64,000 bases of DNA. Source: Bacillota bacterium (GTDB lineage Bacteria; Bacillota; Clostridia; Peptostreptococcales; Anaerovoracaceae). The DNA is taken from assembly GCA_030536355.1 (NCBI GenBank), contig JAUNQD010000002.1, positions 920 to 64,919 on the forward strand, in the 5' to 3' direction. Made by a program: the position numbers and the translations under genes. Shown in pieces: positions 1 to 10,032 of the stretch. Below the pieces are notes generated by a model that did no database searches, had not been told where the DNA came from, and was given only the letters and a program-made list of their open reading frames with translations. Each line of letters opens with the position of its first letter. Position 1 is the first letter of the stretch.

Positions 1-298
1 ACTCGTACATGTTGTCGCCTCTTAAAGTAACCTTAGCGCCTACAGGCATGCCCTGTCTAACTTTGAAGTTAGCGATGGACTTTCTTGCCTTAGTAACTAC
101 AGGTCTCTGACCTGTGATCAGGCTGATTTCTTCAACGGCACTTTCCATGATCTTAGCGTTTTCCTTAGCTTCGCCCAGACCCATGTTGATTGTAACTTTT
201 TCCAGCTTAGGGATTTCCATTACGTTTTCATATTTGAACTGTTCTCTCAGTGCAGGGAACACGTCGTTCTTGTAAGTTTCTCTTAATCTAGCTGCCAC
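1..298 (-). CDS. rplE: 50S ribosomal protein L5 (runs off the window edge)
   Basis: GTG start at 298 behind AGGAGG; translates [40 protein letters not shown]...; follows rplX. Confidence 0.95.
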   Translation of the reverse strand, partial: MAARLRETYKNDVFPALREQFKYENVMEIPKLEKVTINMGLGEAKENAKIMESAVEEISLITGQRPVVTKARKSIANFKVRQGMPVGAKVTLRGDNMYE

Positions 299-315
299 TA
301 TCGTCTCCTCCTTTC

Positions 316-621
316 TTAGTCTATTACGGCGCCGGTTTTCTTAGCTACTCTAACCTTCTTGCCGTCTTCTACTTTGTAACCGATTCTGCTCGGTGTCTTT
401 GCTTTTGTGTCATAGTACATAACGTTTGATACGTTGATCGGACCTTCCTGATGCTTGATCTCAGCAGCTTCCTTCTGAGTCTGCTTCTGGTGCTTAGTCT
501 GAACGTTAACGCCTTCTACTATTACTCTGCCTTCTTTTGGCATAGCCTTTAATACTTTACCAGTCTTTCCCTTATCTTTACCGGCAAGTACGATTACTGT
601 GTCATCTTTTTTAATACGCAT
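316..621 (-). CDS. rplX: 50S ribosomal protein L24
   Basis: [26 protein letters not shown] signature; spc operon position. Confidence 0.98.
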   Translation of the reverse strand: MRIKKDDTVIVLAGKDKGKTGKVLKAMPKEGRVIVEGVNVQTKHQKQTQKEAAEIKHQEGPINVSNVMYYDTKAKTPSRIGYKVEDGKKVRVAKKTGAVID

Positions 622-631
622 CTGTAACCTC

Positions 632-1000
632 CTATAATACTTCCGGTGCTAAGGATACGATCTTCATGAAGCCCTTATCTCTCAGTTCTCTTGCAACTGG
701 TCCGAAGATACGAGTTCCAACCGGCTGTAAATCGTCCTTTATGATAACTGCTGCGTTCTGGTCAAACTTAACGTAGCTGCCGTCTGCTCTTCTGGCACCG
801 CTCTTTGATCTAACTACAACAGCTCTTACAACGTCGCTCTTCTTTACTACTCCGCCAGGTGTTGCGTCTTTTACTGCACATACGATGATGTCACCGATGT
901 TAGCATACTGACGGCTTGTGCCTCCCAGTATACGGATGCATAAAAGCTCTTTAGCGCCGGAGTTGTCAGCAACCTTTAATCTTGTTTCAGTCTGAATCAT
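632..1000 (-). CDS. rplN: 50S ribosomal protein L14
   Basis: [26 protein letters not shown]. Confidence 0.99.
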   Translation of the reverse strand: MIQTETRLKVADNSGAKELLCIRILGGTSRQYANIGDIIVCAVKDATPGGVVKKSDVVRAVVVRSKSGARRADGSYVKFDQNAAVIIKDDLQPVGTRIFGPVARELRDKGFMKIVSLAPEVL

Positions 1001-1015
1001 TACTAGGCGCCTCCT

Positions 1016-1276
1016 TTACTTCACTTTTTCAACGATGTTCACAAGTCTCCATCTCTTGTCCTTTGACAGAGGTCTTGTTTCCATGATTCTAACTTTATCG
1101 CCAATCTGGCATTCATTGTTTTCGTCGTGAGCCTTGACTTTCTTAGTTCTCTTTACTGCTTTTCCGTAAAGGGAATGTCTTACGAAGTCTTCAACTGCAA
1201 CAACAACAGTCTTATCCATCTTATCGCTTGTTACGATTCCGACTCTTGTCTTTCTTCTGTTTCTTTCAACTGCCAT
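1016..1276 (-). CDS. rpsQ: 30S ribosomal protein S17
   Basis: [25 protein letters not shown]. Confidence 0.98.
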   Translation of the reverse strand: MAVERNRRKTRVGIVTSDKMDKTVVVAVEDFVRHSLYGKAVKRTKKVKAHDENNECQIGDKVRIMETRPLSKDKRWRLVNIVEKVK

Positions 1277-1294
1277 AATACATCCTCCTTTCTT

Positions 1295-1498
1295 TTAGCC
1301 CTGAACCTTAGCCAGTTCTTTTTCTCTGATGATAGTCTTAACTCTTGCGATATCTTTCTTTGTTTCACGCATCTTAACAGGGTTTTCAAGCTGACCTGTA
1401 ACGTGCTGGAATCTGAGATTGAACAGATCTTTCTTCATCTTCATCAGTTCAGCATTCAGTTCCGCTTCTGTCATTTCTCTCATTTTCTTTAATTCCAT
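1295..1498 (-). CDS. rpmC: 50S ribosomal protein L29
   Basis: [22 protein letters not shown]; position after rplP. Confidence 0.97.
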   Translation of the reverse strand: MELKKMREMTEAELNAELMKMKKDLFNLRFQHVTGQLENPVKMRETKKDIARVKTIIREKELAKVQG

Positions 1499-1932
1499 TA
1501 TGCTTCACCACCCTTTGCTGTTTCTTTTTCCTTGATGGCAAATTTACACTTAACCGGCAGCTTGTGTCCAGCAAGTCTCATAGCTTCTCTAGCCTGAGCT
1601 TCTGTAACGCCTTCGATTTCGAACATTACTCTGCCTGGTTTTACTACTGCTACCCAGTACTCAGGAGCACCTTTACCGGAACCCATACGTACTTCTGCAG
1701 GCTTCTTAGTTACTGATTTATGAGGGAAGATCTTGATATAAACCTTACCGCCTCTTTTAACAGATCTTGTCATAGCAATTCTGGCTGCTTCGATCTGATT
1801 TGAAGTTATCCATCCACATTCAGTGGCTACGAGCCCGAAATCACCGTAAGTGATGTTGTTACCCTTTGTAGCCTTACCTTTCATTCTGCCTCTGTGGACT
1901 CTTCTGCGTTTAACGCGCTTTGGCATTAACAT
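1498..1932 (-). CDS. rplP: 50S ribosomal protein L16
   Basis: [20 protein letters not shown]. Confidence 0.99.
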   Translation of the reverse strand: MLMPKRVKRRRVHRGRMKGKATKGNNITYGDFGLVATECGWITSNQIEAARIAMTRSVKRGGKVYIKIFPHKSVTKKPAEVRMGSGKGAPEYWVAVVKPGRVMFEIEGVTEAQAREAMRLAGHKLPVKCKFAIKEKETAKGGEA

Positions 1933-1954
1933 GACGAGTGTCCTCCTTTGTCTA

Positions 1955-2827
1955 TTATTCAGCTGATTCTTCAGCTACTGCTTCTACTGCTTCAACCTGT
2001 GCTTCTTCTACCTGTGGTTCAACCTTTGGAGTCTTTCTTACTCTTGGGTTTACTGCCTTAGGAGCTTCAGCTCTTTCGTTTCTTCTGTCGTCTCTTCTAG
2101 GTCTTCTTTCACCATCTCTTCTAGGTCTTCTTTCGCCGTCTTTTCTACCCCTCTTATCTCTCTTCTGTTCTTCAGGAACAGCGCTCTTCAGACCCTTGTC
2201 GAGGATTTCTCCGTGGTTGATCCAAACCTTAACGCCCAGCTTACCGTAAGTTGTATCAGCTTCTGCAAAGCCGTAGTCGATGTCAGCTCTCAGAGTGTGA
2301 AGTGGAACGTTACCTTCGCTGTACTTTTCAGATCTAGCGATTTCAGCTCCGCCAAGTCTTCCGGATGTGAGAACCTTGATTCCCTTAGCGCCGGCCTTCA
2401 TTGTTCTGCCGATAGCCTGCTTCATAGCTCTTCTGAATGAAACTCTTCTTTCGAGAGCCTGAGCGATGCTTTCTGCTGTCAGCTGTGCATCCAGTTCTGC
2501 TCTTCTAACTTCTTTGATATCTATTACGATAGACTTTCCAGTCATCTTTTCCAGTTCAGCCTTCAGTGCATCGATTCCGTCTCCGGATCTTCCGATAACC
2601 ATACCAGGCTTAGCTGTCATTACGATAACCTTCAGCTTGTTTTCTGCAGTTCTTTCCAGTACTACCTTGGAAACGCCTGCAGCGTATAACTTCTTCTTTA
2701 CGAATTCTCTTACTTTATTGTCTTCGATCAGGTAGTCAGCAAACTTATTCTTGTCAGCATACCATTTTGAATCCCAATCTTTGATAACACCTACTCTAAG
2801 GCCGTGTGGACTTACTTTCTGACCCAT
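1955..2827 (-). CDS. rpsC: 30S ribosomal protein S3 with long charged C-terminal extension
   Basis: [34 protein letters not shown]. Confidence 0.98.
   Translation of the reverse strand: MGQKVSPHGLRVGVIKDWDSKWYADKNKFADYLIEDNKVREFVKKKLYAAGVSKVVLERTAENKLKVIVMTAKPGMVIGRSGDGIDALKAELEKMTGKSIVIDIKEVRRAELDAQLTAESIAQALERRVSFRRAMKQAIGRTMKAGAKGIKVLTSGRLGGAEIARSEKYSEGNVPLHTLRADIDYGFAEADTTYGKLGVKVWINHGEILDKGLKSAVPEEQKRDKRGRKDGERRPRRDGERRPRRDDRRNERAEAPKAVNPRVRKTPKVEPQVEEAQVEAVEAVAEESAE
2091..2138. repeat. 24-bp tandem repeat (2 copies) inside rpsC tail
   Basis: tctcttctaggtcttctttcacca / tctcttctaggtcttctttcgccg; encodes the DGERRPRR repeat. Confidence 0.85.
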
Positions 2828-3165
2828 TACTTAACCTCCTTTTCTTTAAGAGTTACGCCTACGTGGCTTGATCTCTTTAAGATGATTGATGCTCTACCCT
2901 GTGATCCGGCTCTCCATCTCTTCATAGTTGGGCCCTGGTGAGCATAAACTTCGGCTACATAAAGATTGTCAGTGTTCATTTCCTTAACGTCTGCGTTAGC
3001 AGCTGCTGATTTAACAACCTTTTCTACGATTTCAGCACCCTTACCAGGTGTGAACTTTAAAATGTTCAGTGCCTCGTCCAAGTCTTTTCCTCTTACTAAA
3101 TCAGTAACAGGCTTCAGCTTGATAGGAGACATTCTTACGTATTTTGCAATTGCTTTTGCTTCCAT
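2827..3165 (-). CDS. rplV: 50S ribosomal protein L22
   Basis: [31 protein letters not shown]. Confidence 0.97.
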   Translation of the reverse strand: MEAKAIAKYVRMSPIKLKPVTDLVRGKDLDEALNILKFTPGKGAEIVEKVVKSAAANADVKEMNTDNLYVAEVYAHQGPTMKRWRAGSQGRASIILKRSSHVGVTLKEKEVK

Positions 3166-3184
3166 TTCTCATGTTCTCCTTTTC

Positions 3185-3460
3185 TTACTTCTTTGATTTC
3201 TTATCAGCGGCATGGCCTCTGTAGGTTCTTGTAGGAGCAAATTCTCCCAGTCTGTGTCCTACCATATCTTCTGTGATGTATACAGGCACGTGCTTTTTGC
3301 CGTCATGAACAGCGATTGTGTGTCCCACCATCTGTGGGAATATTGTTGATGGTCTTGACCATGTTTTGATGACTTTCTTTTCGTTAGCTGCGTTCATATC
3401 GATGATAGCTTTCAGCAGCTTTTCGTTTACGAAAGGTCCCTTTTTAAGTGATCTTCCCAT
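3185..3460 (-). CDS. rpsS: 30S ribosomal protein S19
   Basis: [24 protein letters not shown]. Confidence 0.99.
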   Translation of the reverse strand: MGRSLKKGPFVNEKLLKAIIDMNAANEKKVIKTWSRPSTIFPQMVGHTIAVHDGKKHVPVYITEDMVGHRLGEFAPTRTYRGHAADKKSKK

Positions 3461-3479
3461 TATAGTTGCTCCTTCCTAA

Positions 3480-4313
3480 TTATTTTTCATTTCTTCTCTT
3501 TACGATATACTTGTTGGATGCCTTCTTCTTCTTTCTTGTCTTATAACCAAGAGCAGGCTTACCCCAAGGAGTTACAGGGCTTACTCTACCGATTCCGGCC
3601 TTACCTTCACCACCACCGTGAGGGTGATCGTTAGGGTTCATTACGGAACCTCTTACTGTAGGTCTGATACCCATGTGTCTCTTTCTACCAGCTTTACCGA
3701 TCTGGATGTTCTGGTGATCGAGGTTACCAACTTCACCGATTGTAGCTCTACATTCGATTCTTACTTTTCTAACTTCGCCGGAAGGAAGTCTAACCTGTGC
3801 ATACTGGCCTTCCTTAGCCATCAGCTGAGCACCGTTACCTGCGGATCTTACCATCTGTCCACCCTTGCCAGGCTTCAGTTCCACGTTGTGGATGATTGTA
3901 CCTACAGGGATGTTTGCCAGTGGAAGCGCATTACCGATCTTGATGTCAGCTTCCGGTCCTGATACGATCACGTCACCAACGTTCAGTTTGTTAGGAGCGA
4001 TGATATATCTCTTTTCGCCGTCTGCATAGTTGATCAGAGCGATGTTAGCTGTTCTGTTTGGATCGTATTCGATAGTAGCAACTTTACCAGGAATACCGTC
4101 CTTATTTCTCTTGAAGTCTACGATTCTGTACTTAGGTCTGTATCCGCCGCCTCTGTGTCTTACAGTGATCTTACCTCTTGAGTTTCTTCCGGAATGCTTC
4201 TTCAGTGTTACTGTCAGAGACTTTTCCGGTGTAGTGCAAGTGATTTCCTCAAATGTGGAAACTGTCATTCCTCTTAAACCAGGAGTGGTCGGATTGTATT
4301 TTTTAATTCCCAT
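3480..4313 (-). CDS. rplB: 50S ribosomal protein L2
   Basis: [29 protein letters not shown]. Confidence 0.99.
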   Translation of the reverse strand: MGIKKYNPTTPGLRGMTVSTFEEITCTTPEKSLTVTLKKHSGRNSRGKITVRHRGGGYRPKYRIVDFKRNKDGIPGKVATIEYDPNRTANIALINYADGEKRYIIAPNKLNVGDVIVSGPEADIKIGNALPLANIPVGTIIHNVELKPGKGGQMVRSAGNGAQLMAKEGQYAQVRLPSGEVRKVRIECRATIGEVGNLDHQNIQIGKAGRKRHMGIRPTVRGSVMNPNDHPHGGGEGKAGIGRVSPVTPWGKPALGYKTRKKKKASNKYIVKRRNEK

Positions 4314-4333
4314 TTATGTCTACCTCCTGTTAT

Positions 4334-4624
4334 TTACAGACTCTGGAAGAATTCGATTTCCTTACTGTTTTCAGTAAGTGTTACGATTGCCTTCTTAGTA
4401 GCGGCAGTCATACCAACGTATCTTCCCATTCTCTTCTGCTTTCCTACAACGTTCATAATGTTTACTTTTGCAACTTCCACACCAAAGATTTCTTCAACTG
4501 CGTTCTTAACTTCTGTCTTGTTAGCGTCTACTGCAACCTTGAATGTGTATTTCTTAGCCTGTGCTGCGTCCATGCTCTTTTCTGAAATAACAGGCTTTAA
4601 TATTACATCGTAAGGCGTTTTCAT
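4334..4624 (-). CDS. rplW: 50S ribosomal protein L23
   Basis: [25 protein letters not shown]. Confidence 0.98.
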   Translation of the reverse strand: MKTPYDVILKPVISEKSMDAAQAKKYTFKVAVDANKTEVKNAVEEIFGVEVAKVNIMNVVGKQKRMGRYVGMTAATKKAIVTLTENSKEIEFFQSL

Positions 4625-5247
4625 TATGAGTACACCTCCTCAATCTTTTCTACAGCTTCCTTAGTAACGATGAAGTTTGTATGATTGATGATGTCATATA
4701 CGTTCATTGTTGTTACCAGTGCTGTTCTTACTCCAGGAATGTTAGCTGCGGACTTAACTACGTTGTAGTCCTTTTCAGCTGTTACGATCAGTGCTTTCTT
4801 TTCAGCCTTAACTGCTTCCAGCATCTTTACCATTTCTTTTGTCTTAGGTTCTTCGAACTTGATTTCATCGATAACGATGATTTCCTTTTCTGCAACCTTT
4901 GATGAGAGAGCTGACAGCATAGCCAGTCTTCTCAGCTTCTTAGGTAATGAGTATCTGTAGCTTCTTGGCTTTGGTGCGAATACCACACCGCCTCCTACCT
5001 GTGAAGGGTCTGTGGAGCTTCCCTGTCTATGACGACCTGTTCCCTTCTGTCTGAAAGGCTTTCTTCCGCCCCCTCTGACTTCAGCTCTTGTCTTAGCAGA
5101 CTGAGTACCCTGTCTTCTGTTGGCTAAAATATTCTTAACTACCGCATGAACTGCGTTCTGGTTAGGTTCGATGCCGAAGATCGCGTCTTTTAACTCGATT
5201 GTTCCGACTTCCTGACCTGCCATGTTCAGCATTGTCACTTTTGACAT
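4624..5247 (-). CDS. rplD: 50S ribosomal protein L4
   Basis: [28 protein letters not shown]. Confidence 0.99.
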   Translation of the reverse strand: MSKVTMLNMAGQEVGTIELKDAIFGIEPNQNAVHAVVKNILANRRQGTQSAKTRAEVRGGGRKPFRQKGTGRHRQGSSTDPSQVGGGVVFAPKPRSYRYSLPKKLRRLAMLSALSSKVAEKEIIVIDEIKFEEPKTKEMVKMLEAVKAEKKALIVTAEKDYNVVKSAANIPGVRTALVTTMNVYDIINHTNFIVTKEAVEKIEEVYS

Positions 5248-5273
5248 TTTACTTCCTCCTTTCTGAAGTCATC

Positions 5274-5903
5274 CTATTTCTGACCCTTTACTGCGTACTG
5301 GATGCGAACGATTCCGCCTTTGTTTCCCGGAACAGCACCCTTGATCAGCATCAGGTTCTTTTCTTCAATAACTTTTACCAGCTCAACGTTCTGAACTGTC
5401 ACTGTTTCTCTACCCATTCTACCAGGACCAGCATTGCCCTTGAATACTCTTGATGGGTAAGTACCTGCTGCCAGTGCACCAGCAAGTCTCTTATGCTTTG
5501 AGCCGTGGCTCATAGGGCCTCTGTGGTGGCCGTGTCTCTTGATGTTACCCTGAGTTCCCTTACCCTTGGAAGTTCCTGTTACGTCCAGCAGCTTGCCTTC
5601 TTCGAAATCAGCAACAGTGATCTGCTGTCCGAGTTCGTAAGCTTCGCCTTCTGTTCTGAATTCGATCAGGTGCTTCTTAGGAGCAACTCCTGCCTTTTCG
5701 AAGTGACCAGTCATTGGCTTGTTCACTCTCTGTGGCTTCGCATCTTCAAATCCAACCTGTACTGCTTCGTAACCGTCTGTTTCAACAGTCTTGACCTGAG
5801 TAACAGTCATTGGACCTGCTTCTACTACCGTTACAGGAACTACTGCGCCTGCTTCGGTGAAGATCTGGGTCATGCCCATCTTCTTACCTAAAATAGTTTT
5901 CAT
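5274..5903 (-). CDS. rplC: 50S ribosomal protein L3
   Basis: [25 protein letters not shown]. Confidence 0.99.
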   Translation of the reverse strand: MKTILGKKMGMTQIFTEAGAVVPVTVVEAGPMTVTQVKTVETDGYEAVQVGFEDAKPQRVNKPMTGHFEKAGVAPKKHLIEFRTEGEAYELGQQITVADFEEGKLLDVTGTSKGKGTQGNIKRHGHHRGPMSHGSKHKRLAGALAAGTYPSRVFKGNAGPGRMGRETVTVQNVELVKVIEEKNLMLIKGAVPGNKGGIVRIQYAVKGQK

Positions 5904-5994
5904 GGTTTATCTTTCCTCCTTGTTTCTTACAGCGGACCGGTTCACCGGTCATACTAAGGGAGTTCCCTTCGCCTTTAAGTTTTATTTGCTGTTG

Positions 5995-6306
5995 TTACAG
6001 CTTGATTTCGATATCAACGCCTGCAGGTAAGTCCAGCTTAGTCAGTGCATCAGTTGTCTTAGCTGTAGCGCTAGTGATGTCGATCAATCTCTTGTGAGTT
6101 CTCTGTTCGAACTGTTCTCTGGAGTCCTTATACTTGTGAACAGCTCTCAGGATAGTTACTACTTCCTTTTCTGTTGGAAGTGGAATAGGACCTGATACTT
6201 CAGCTCCTGTCTTCTTAGCAGTCTCAACGATCTTAGCTGCGGACTGATCAAGAAGTGCGTGGTCATAAGCCTTTAATTTGATTCTGATTTTCTGTAATTC
6301 GCTCAT
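5995..6306 (-). CDS. rpsJ: 30S ribosomal protein S10
   Basis: [30 protein letters not shown]. Confidence 0.99.
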   Translation of the reverse strand: MSELQKIRIKLKAYDHALLDQSAAKIVETAKKTGAEVSGPIPLPTEKEVVTILRAVHKYKDSREQFEQRTHKRLIDITSATAKTTDALTKLDLPAGVDIEIKL

Positions 6307-6546
6307 TTTTTCCTCCTAAAAGTTTTTTGTACAGATTTTCGCTATGCTCGTACAAGGGGTTCAAAGTGTTGAATTTTCAACGTGTACAGTGGTTTTGCTT
6401 GCTTCGTACACGCTTCCGTGTGTTTCTTATTGTTTTCACACAACAAAAATTCAGCGAATCCCTTCGCCCCCATCTGAGTGGGGACAATTCTCAGTGGAAA
6501 TTCTCCTATAGCAAGGTAACTTCCCACCTCATCGCCTTACACAAGC
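6307..6546 (-). ncRNA. ~240-nt S10 operon leader (probable ribosomal-protein autoregulatory RNA)
   Basis: Long non-coding stretch between a clear sigmaA promoter and rpsJ; contains GGCGAUGAGGUGGGAAGUUACC and several hairpins; S10-operon leaders are established in Firmicutes. Confidence 0.6.
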
Positions 6547-6552
6547 CTTTGT

Positions 6553-6581
6553 AGTATATAACATCCATTGCAAATATGCAA
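6553..6581 (-). promoter_or_regulatory. sigmaA promoter of S10 operon
   Basis: TTGCAT-N17-TATACT on minus strand. Confidence 0.8.
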
Positions 6582-6735
6582 GAGTTTTTTAGAAAGTTTT
6601 TTACACTTTTTTACGAAGCTAAATCCAGTGTTTTCAACGCCTTCAGGGCTTATGCCTCACACACTGTTTTCGGTGTTTCTAAAATTTGTGTTTTTAGATT
6701 TTTCGCCTTTTTAATATTTTTTCTATATATTGTTG

Positions 6736-6771
6736 AAAAAAAATAACAGCGACCACTATATATGGTCGCTG
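6736..6771 (-). terminator. Intrinsic terminator after LUD gene
   Basis: CAGCGACCA/TGGTCGCTG 9-bp stem followed by T-rich tract on minus strand. Confidence 0.75.
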
Positions 6772-6792
6772 CCCCTGCTTTATTGTGTTAAA

Positions 6793-7434
6793 TTAGTATC
6801 CCAGAACCTCATTTACCAGGACTACATGTATCCTGTCATCGATCCCCGAAAACCTTGTAGTGTTGGTCTGACAGCAGATAGTTTCCCCTCTTATGAGGCA
6901 TTCTGTACATTTGCCTGTAACCGAACAAGGTGTTTTTCTTCCCAGTCTTGTAACGTTAGGAGGACACGCATCACATCTGATCCTGTCGACTGCATCAGCT
7001 TCGCTGAGCACCAGCTTGTTGACACCTGCTACCATTATTACCTTCTTAGGACCGAACACGATCGCTGCTACTCTGTTGCCAACTCCGTCTATGTTGACGA
7101 TCTCGCCATCCATAGTTACTGCATTGACACTTGTAAGGAACACATCCGAAAGCAAAGCCTGTCTGCGTGCTTCCCTGCCTTCTGCAGGATCTGCATAAGA
7201 CATAGGATCGTTCACCTTGTAATTACTTCCCTTAAGGATCGGCTTAATACCTATCTGATCGAGAGTCAAAGATCCGCCCCATGCGACTTCCGCTCCTTCA
7301 GGAATAAGCGCCTTTACCTGTTCAACAGCTTCAGCGGCATTTTCACAGTAATACCCTGTCATATTTCTCTTCTCAAGATTCTTGATGACTGTCTTTATTC
7401 TCAGCTCATTCGCTTTTTTGATATTAGCATCCAT
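6793..7434 (-). CDS. LUD-domain (lactate utilization C-like) protein
   Basis: VAWGGSLTL, DVFLTSVNAVTMDGEIVNIDGVGNRVAA, C-terminal CPPN..PC..TGKCTEC Cys cluster. Confidence 0.8.
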   Translation of the reverse strand: MDANIKKANELRIKTVIKNLEKRNMTGYYCENAAEAVEQVKALIPEGAEVAWGGSLTLDQIGIKPILKGSNYKVNDPMSYADPAEGREARRQALLSDVFLTSVNAVTMDGEIVNIDGVGNRVAAIVFGPKKVIMVAGVNKLVLSEADAVDRIRCDACPPNVTRLGRKTPCSVTGKCTECLIRGETICCQTNTTRFSGIDDRIHVVLVNEVLGY

Positions 7435-7467
7435 ATCATTTCCTCCTTATATCTGATGTCAATACGA

Positions 7468-8430
7468 TCAATTCTTTTCATTCAATACATCTATCATGCG
7501 CTCATCGCTTTTGCCTGCAAGAAACTCAGCTGCCCTTTGCATAGCGAAGGCTCCGACTTCTTCTATAGGTTTCCCGTCCAGGTCCGCAGCCACCACAGCT
7601 GCTGACACCACATCACCTGCGCCGGATGTCATGGCGAATGATAATACCCTTTCAGGCGCCAGCACTCCTGCAGACGCACCTTCTTTGTAGTAAAGACCGC
7701 CGCCTTTTATGGTTATGATGATCCTCTTGACTCCCTTGTCCTCAAAGAACTGGCCGGCTTCCATCAGCTGATCTGCACTGAGAACAGTGTTTCTTACCAT
7801 AGCCTCTGCTTCAACTCTTCCCGGCATCACACAGTAAAAATTGCCTATCACATCTCTGGAATTGACAGCACCCACATATCCTGCAGGATCGAAGAACAGC
7901 TTCACTCCTTCCTTGCCGCCATATGTTTCAGCTATGTATTTCAGCGTTTCCTTAGGAATGGCTCCATCAAGCACGATGGCTTCCGCACCATCAAGCACCT
8001 CTGACCACCCTTGTACTCTCTCCGGTGTTATGGCTTCATAAAGCTTGCTGTTCCCAAAAACCATCTGTGGATCGTTCAATACATTGAGCAGTTCCACCTG
8101 TACAGGCGTATTGCCTTCTACTATATCTACATGTGAATATCCCACTCCGGCACGTTTTAATTGTTCTATCACAGCGAGTCCCATGGCATCGTCTGCAGTA
8201 ACGGATAAGAACGTCACATCCTTCCCCATTTCCGCCAGATAGCAAGCCATGTTGAAAGCACTTCCGTTACTTTCTATCTTGATATCGTCGCCCTGTGCGA
8301 TCTGTGCCGCCACATTCACCTGATTATAATCGTACATATCTCCCATCTGCGGCTGCTGTTCATATGCATCTTCTTTAGGTATCATCATCACCTGTACTTT
8401 GAGTCCTGCGCCACCTATAACTGCTATCAT
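7468..8430 (-). CDS. PfkB/ribokinase-family kinase, divergent
   Basis: N-terminal VIGG, FNMACYLA, IIITIKGGG, C-terminal TSGAGD anion-hole motif. Confidence 0.75.
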   Translation of the reverse strand: MIAVIGGAGLKVQVMMIPKEDAYEQQPQMGDMYDYNQVNVAAQIAQGDDIKIESNGSAFNMACYLAEMGKDVTFLSVTADDAMGLAVIEQLKRAGVGYSHVDIVEGNTPVQVELLNVLNDPQMVFGNSKLYEAITPERVQGWSEVLDGAEAIVLDGAIPKETLKYIAETYGGKEGVKLFFDPAGYVGAVNSRDVIGNFYCVMPGRVEAEAMVRNTVLSADQLMEAGQFFEDKGVKRIIITIKGGGLYYKEGASAGVLAPERVLSFAMTSGAGDVVSAAVVAADLDGKPIEEVGAFAMQRAAEFLAGKSDERMIDVLNEKN

Positions 8431-8470
8431 TTGTTTACTCCTTTATCTTCGGCAAAGATTGCTTTGCCTG

Positions 8471-9847
8471 TTATTCTACAAATATACTGCCGCCTATGAA
8501 TTCTCTCAGTATGGAATTATTGGGGATGGCTCTCTCATCTTCTATCACATCGAAACCCTTGATCAGCTCCAGCAGTCTGCAAGCCTCACTGTATTCAGGG
8601 CTGTTTTCTTCTATATCCTCGAGAAGCGGCTGGGCATATTTTTTCAGCACTGCCAGTTCATAAGTCAGCACGGTGTTGAACACCACGTCCGCCTCTCCGT
8701 TGAATGGAAATATGTTTTCATCTTCGCCTGCTCTGACCTGAGCCCATTGTCCGATGGTCCCGGCTGCGGACTTGCCTCTGTACTTATAGTCTCTAACCAT
8801 TCTCCTCAACATCCTGGCATCCGTAGTAGGCACTCTGTTATGCATATCGATGTTCAGTTGAGTAAACGGGCTGATATATATCTTGAATTTTTCTTCATCC
8901 GAAATGAATTCTGTCAGCTTCCCGTTGAGGGCATGGATACCTTCTATTATTATCGGCTGATCCTCTCTTATGGACATTATCCTCTTGCCGAACACTTTCG
9001 TTCCATTAATAAAGTCAAACTCCGGCAGGTCCACTATCTTTCCTGCCAGCAGATCATTCATGTTGCTATTGAACAGTTCTATGTCCAAAGCGCCCAGCCC
9101 CTCGTAGTCTGGGTTCCCTTCTTCGTCGAGAGGTGTCTGATGTCTTTCCACGAAATAGTCGTCTGTTCCCATATAAAGTGGATCCAGTCCATTCACCCTC
9201 AACTGTATGCTTAGACGTTTGGCTGTCGTTGTCTTGCCGGAAGATGACGGCCCCGCTATGAGTATTATCCTCTTCTTGCCTTCCGTGATCATATCAGCCA
9301 TTTCAGCGATCTTCTTCTCATGGAGCGCTTCTGACAAAATGATCAGGTCTTTGGCCTTGCCTTCCGCTATCTTCTCATTGAGATCCGGCAGGTAGTTTAC
9401 TCCTAAAAGCTGCTGCCATTTCTTCGCTTCGCTGAAAGCTATATGAAGATTTTTATCATCTATATATTCAGGAATCACATCGGGGTCTGTCGGATACGGA
9501 AATCTCAACAAGACACCCTCTGCATATTTTCTCAGTTCAAAAAGTCGCGCATATCCTGTAGAAGGCGCCATGCCTCCGCAGAAATAGTCGCAGTAATCTT
9601 CGAGTCTGTATGATGAGTCTTCTTTTATTATAGGAAGATCTGCTGCTATGATCTCTGCCATCCTGTCTGATATTGCCTTGACCTGCTGCTCAGTCACAGG
9701 TACCGATGGCAAGGTATAAAAGCCTTTATTGAGCGAATTATCTATTTCTATATCTATACCAGGCAACACATCTCTTGCAGCTTTGATATATACCATCGAT
9801 ATCGTGTTCTGATACGCTACGTAGTCGCCGTGTTTTCGTATATCCAT
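8471..9847 (-). CDS. Nucleoside (uridine-type) kinase with ThrRS-like N-terminal remnant
   Basis: AGPSSSGKTT Walker A, IIIEGIHALN, RRMVRDYKYRG; start moved to ATG 9847 on AAGGAG RBS. Confidence 0.85.
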   Translation of the reverse strand: MDIRKHGDYVAYQNTISMVYIKAARDVLPGIDIEIDNSLNKGFYTLPSVPVTEQQVKAISDRMAEIIAADLPIIKEDSSYRLEDYCDYFCGGMAPSTGYARLFELRKYAEGVLLRFPYPTDPDVIPEYIDDKNLHIAFSEAKKWQQLLGVNYLPDLNEKIAEGKAKDLIILSEALHEKKIAEMADMITEGKKRIILIAGPSSSGKTTTAKRLSIQLRVNGLDPLYMGTDDYFVERHQTPLDEEGNPDYEGLGALDIELFNSNMNDLLAGKIVDLPEFDFINGTKVFGKRIMSIREDQPIIIEGIHALNGKLTEFISDEEKFKIYISPFTQLNIDMHNRVPTTDARMLRRMVRDYKYRGKSAAGTIGQWAQVRAGEDENIFPFNGEADVVFNTVLTYELAVLKKYAQPLLEDIEENSPEYSEACRLLELIKGFDVIEDERAIPNNSILREFIGGSIFVE

Positions 9848-9945
9848 ATCCCTTCTCCTTTCAAAATCACGTTTTACCCCATACATAGATTAGTATATCA
9901 TATCTATTGTATTTTCGCACTGTATAAAAGTGTATGCCCTGACAC

Positions 9946-9975
9946 AAAAACGACCTCGGTAGTTTAACCGAGGTC
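9946..9975 (-). terminator. Intrinsic terminator after PC4-like gene
   Basis: GACCTCGGT/ACCGAGGTC stem plus TTTTT on minus strand. Confidence 0.75.
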
Positions 9976-10032
9976 ATCAAGCATATTGTGACAATCAAAC
10001 GAAATATTTGATGCTCCTGCATAGAGGCGTTC

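Noticed and set aside
6342-6527. 61-aa minus-strand ORF in the S10 leader as a leader peptide
   Set aside because: GTG start without SD, no biased composition; region is better explained as structured RNA.
6730-7605. 291-aa plus-strand ORF
   Set aside because: Antisense shadow of the LUD gene; no RBS or recognisable motif. The same applies to other long antisense ORFs (8399-9214, 14393-15031, 18925-19641, 26141-26869, 27099-27851, 37949-38557, 60913-61509).
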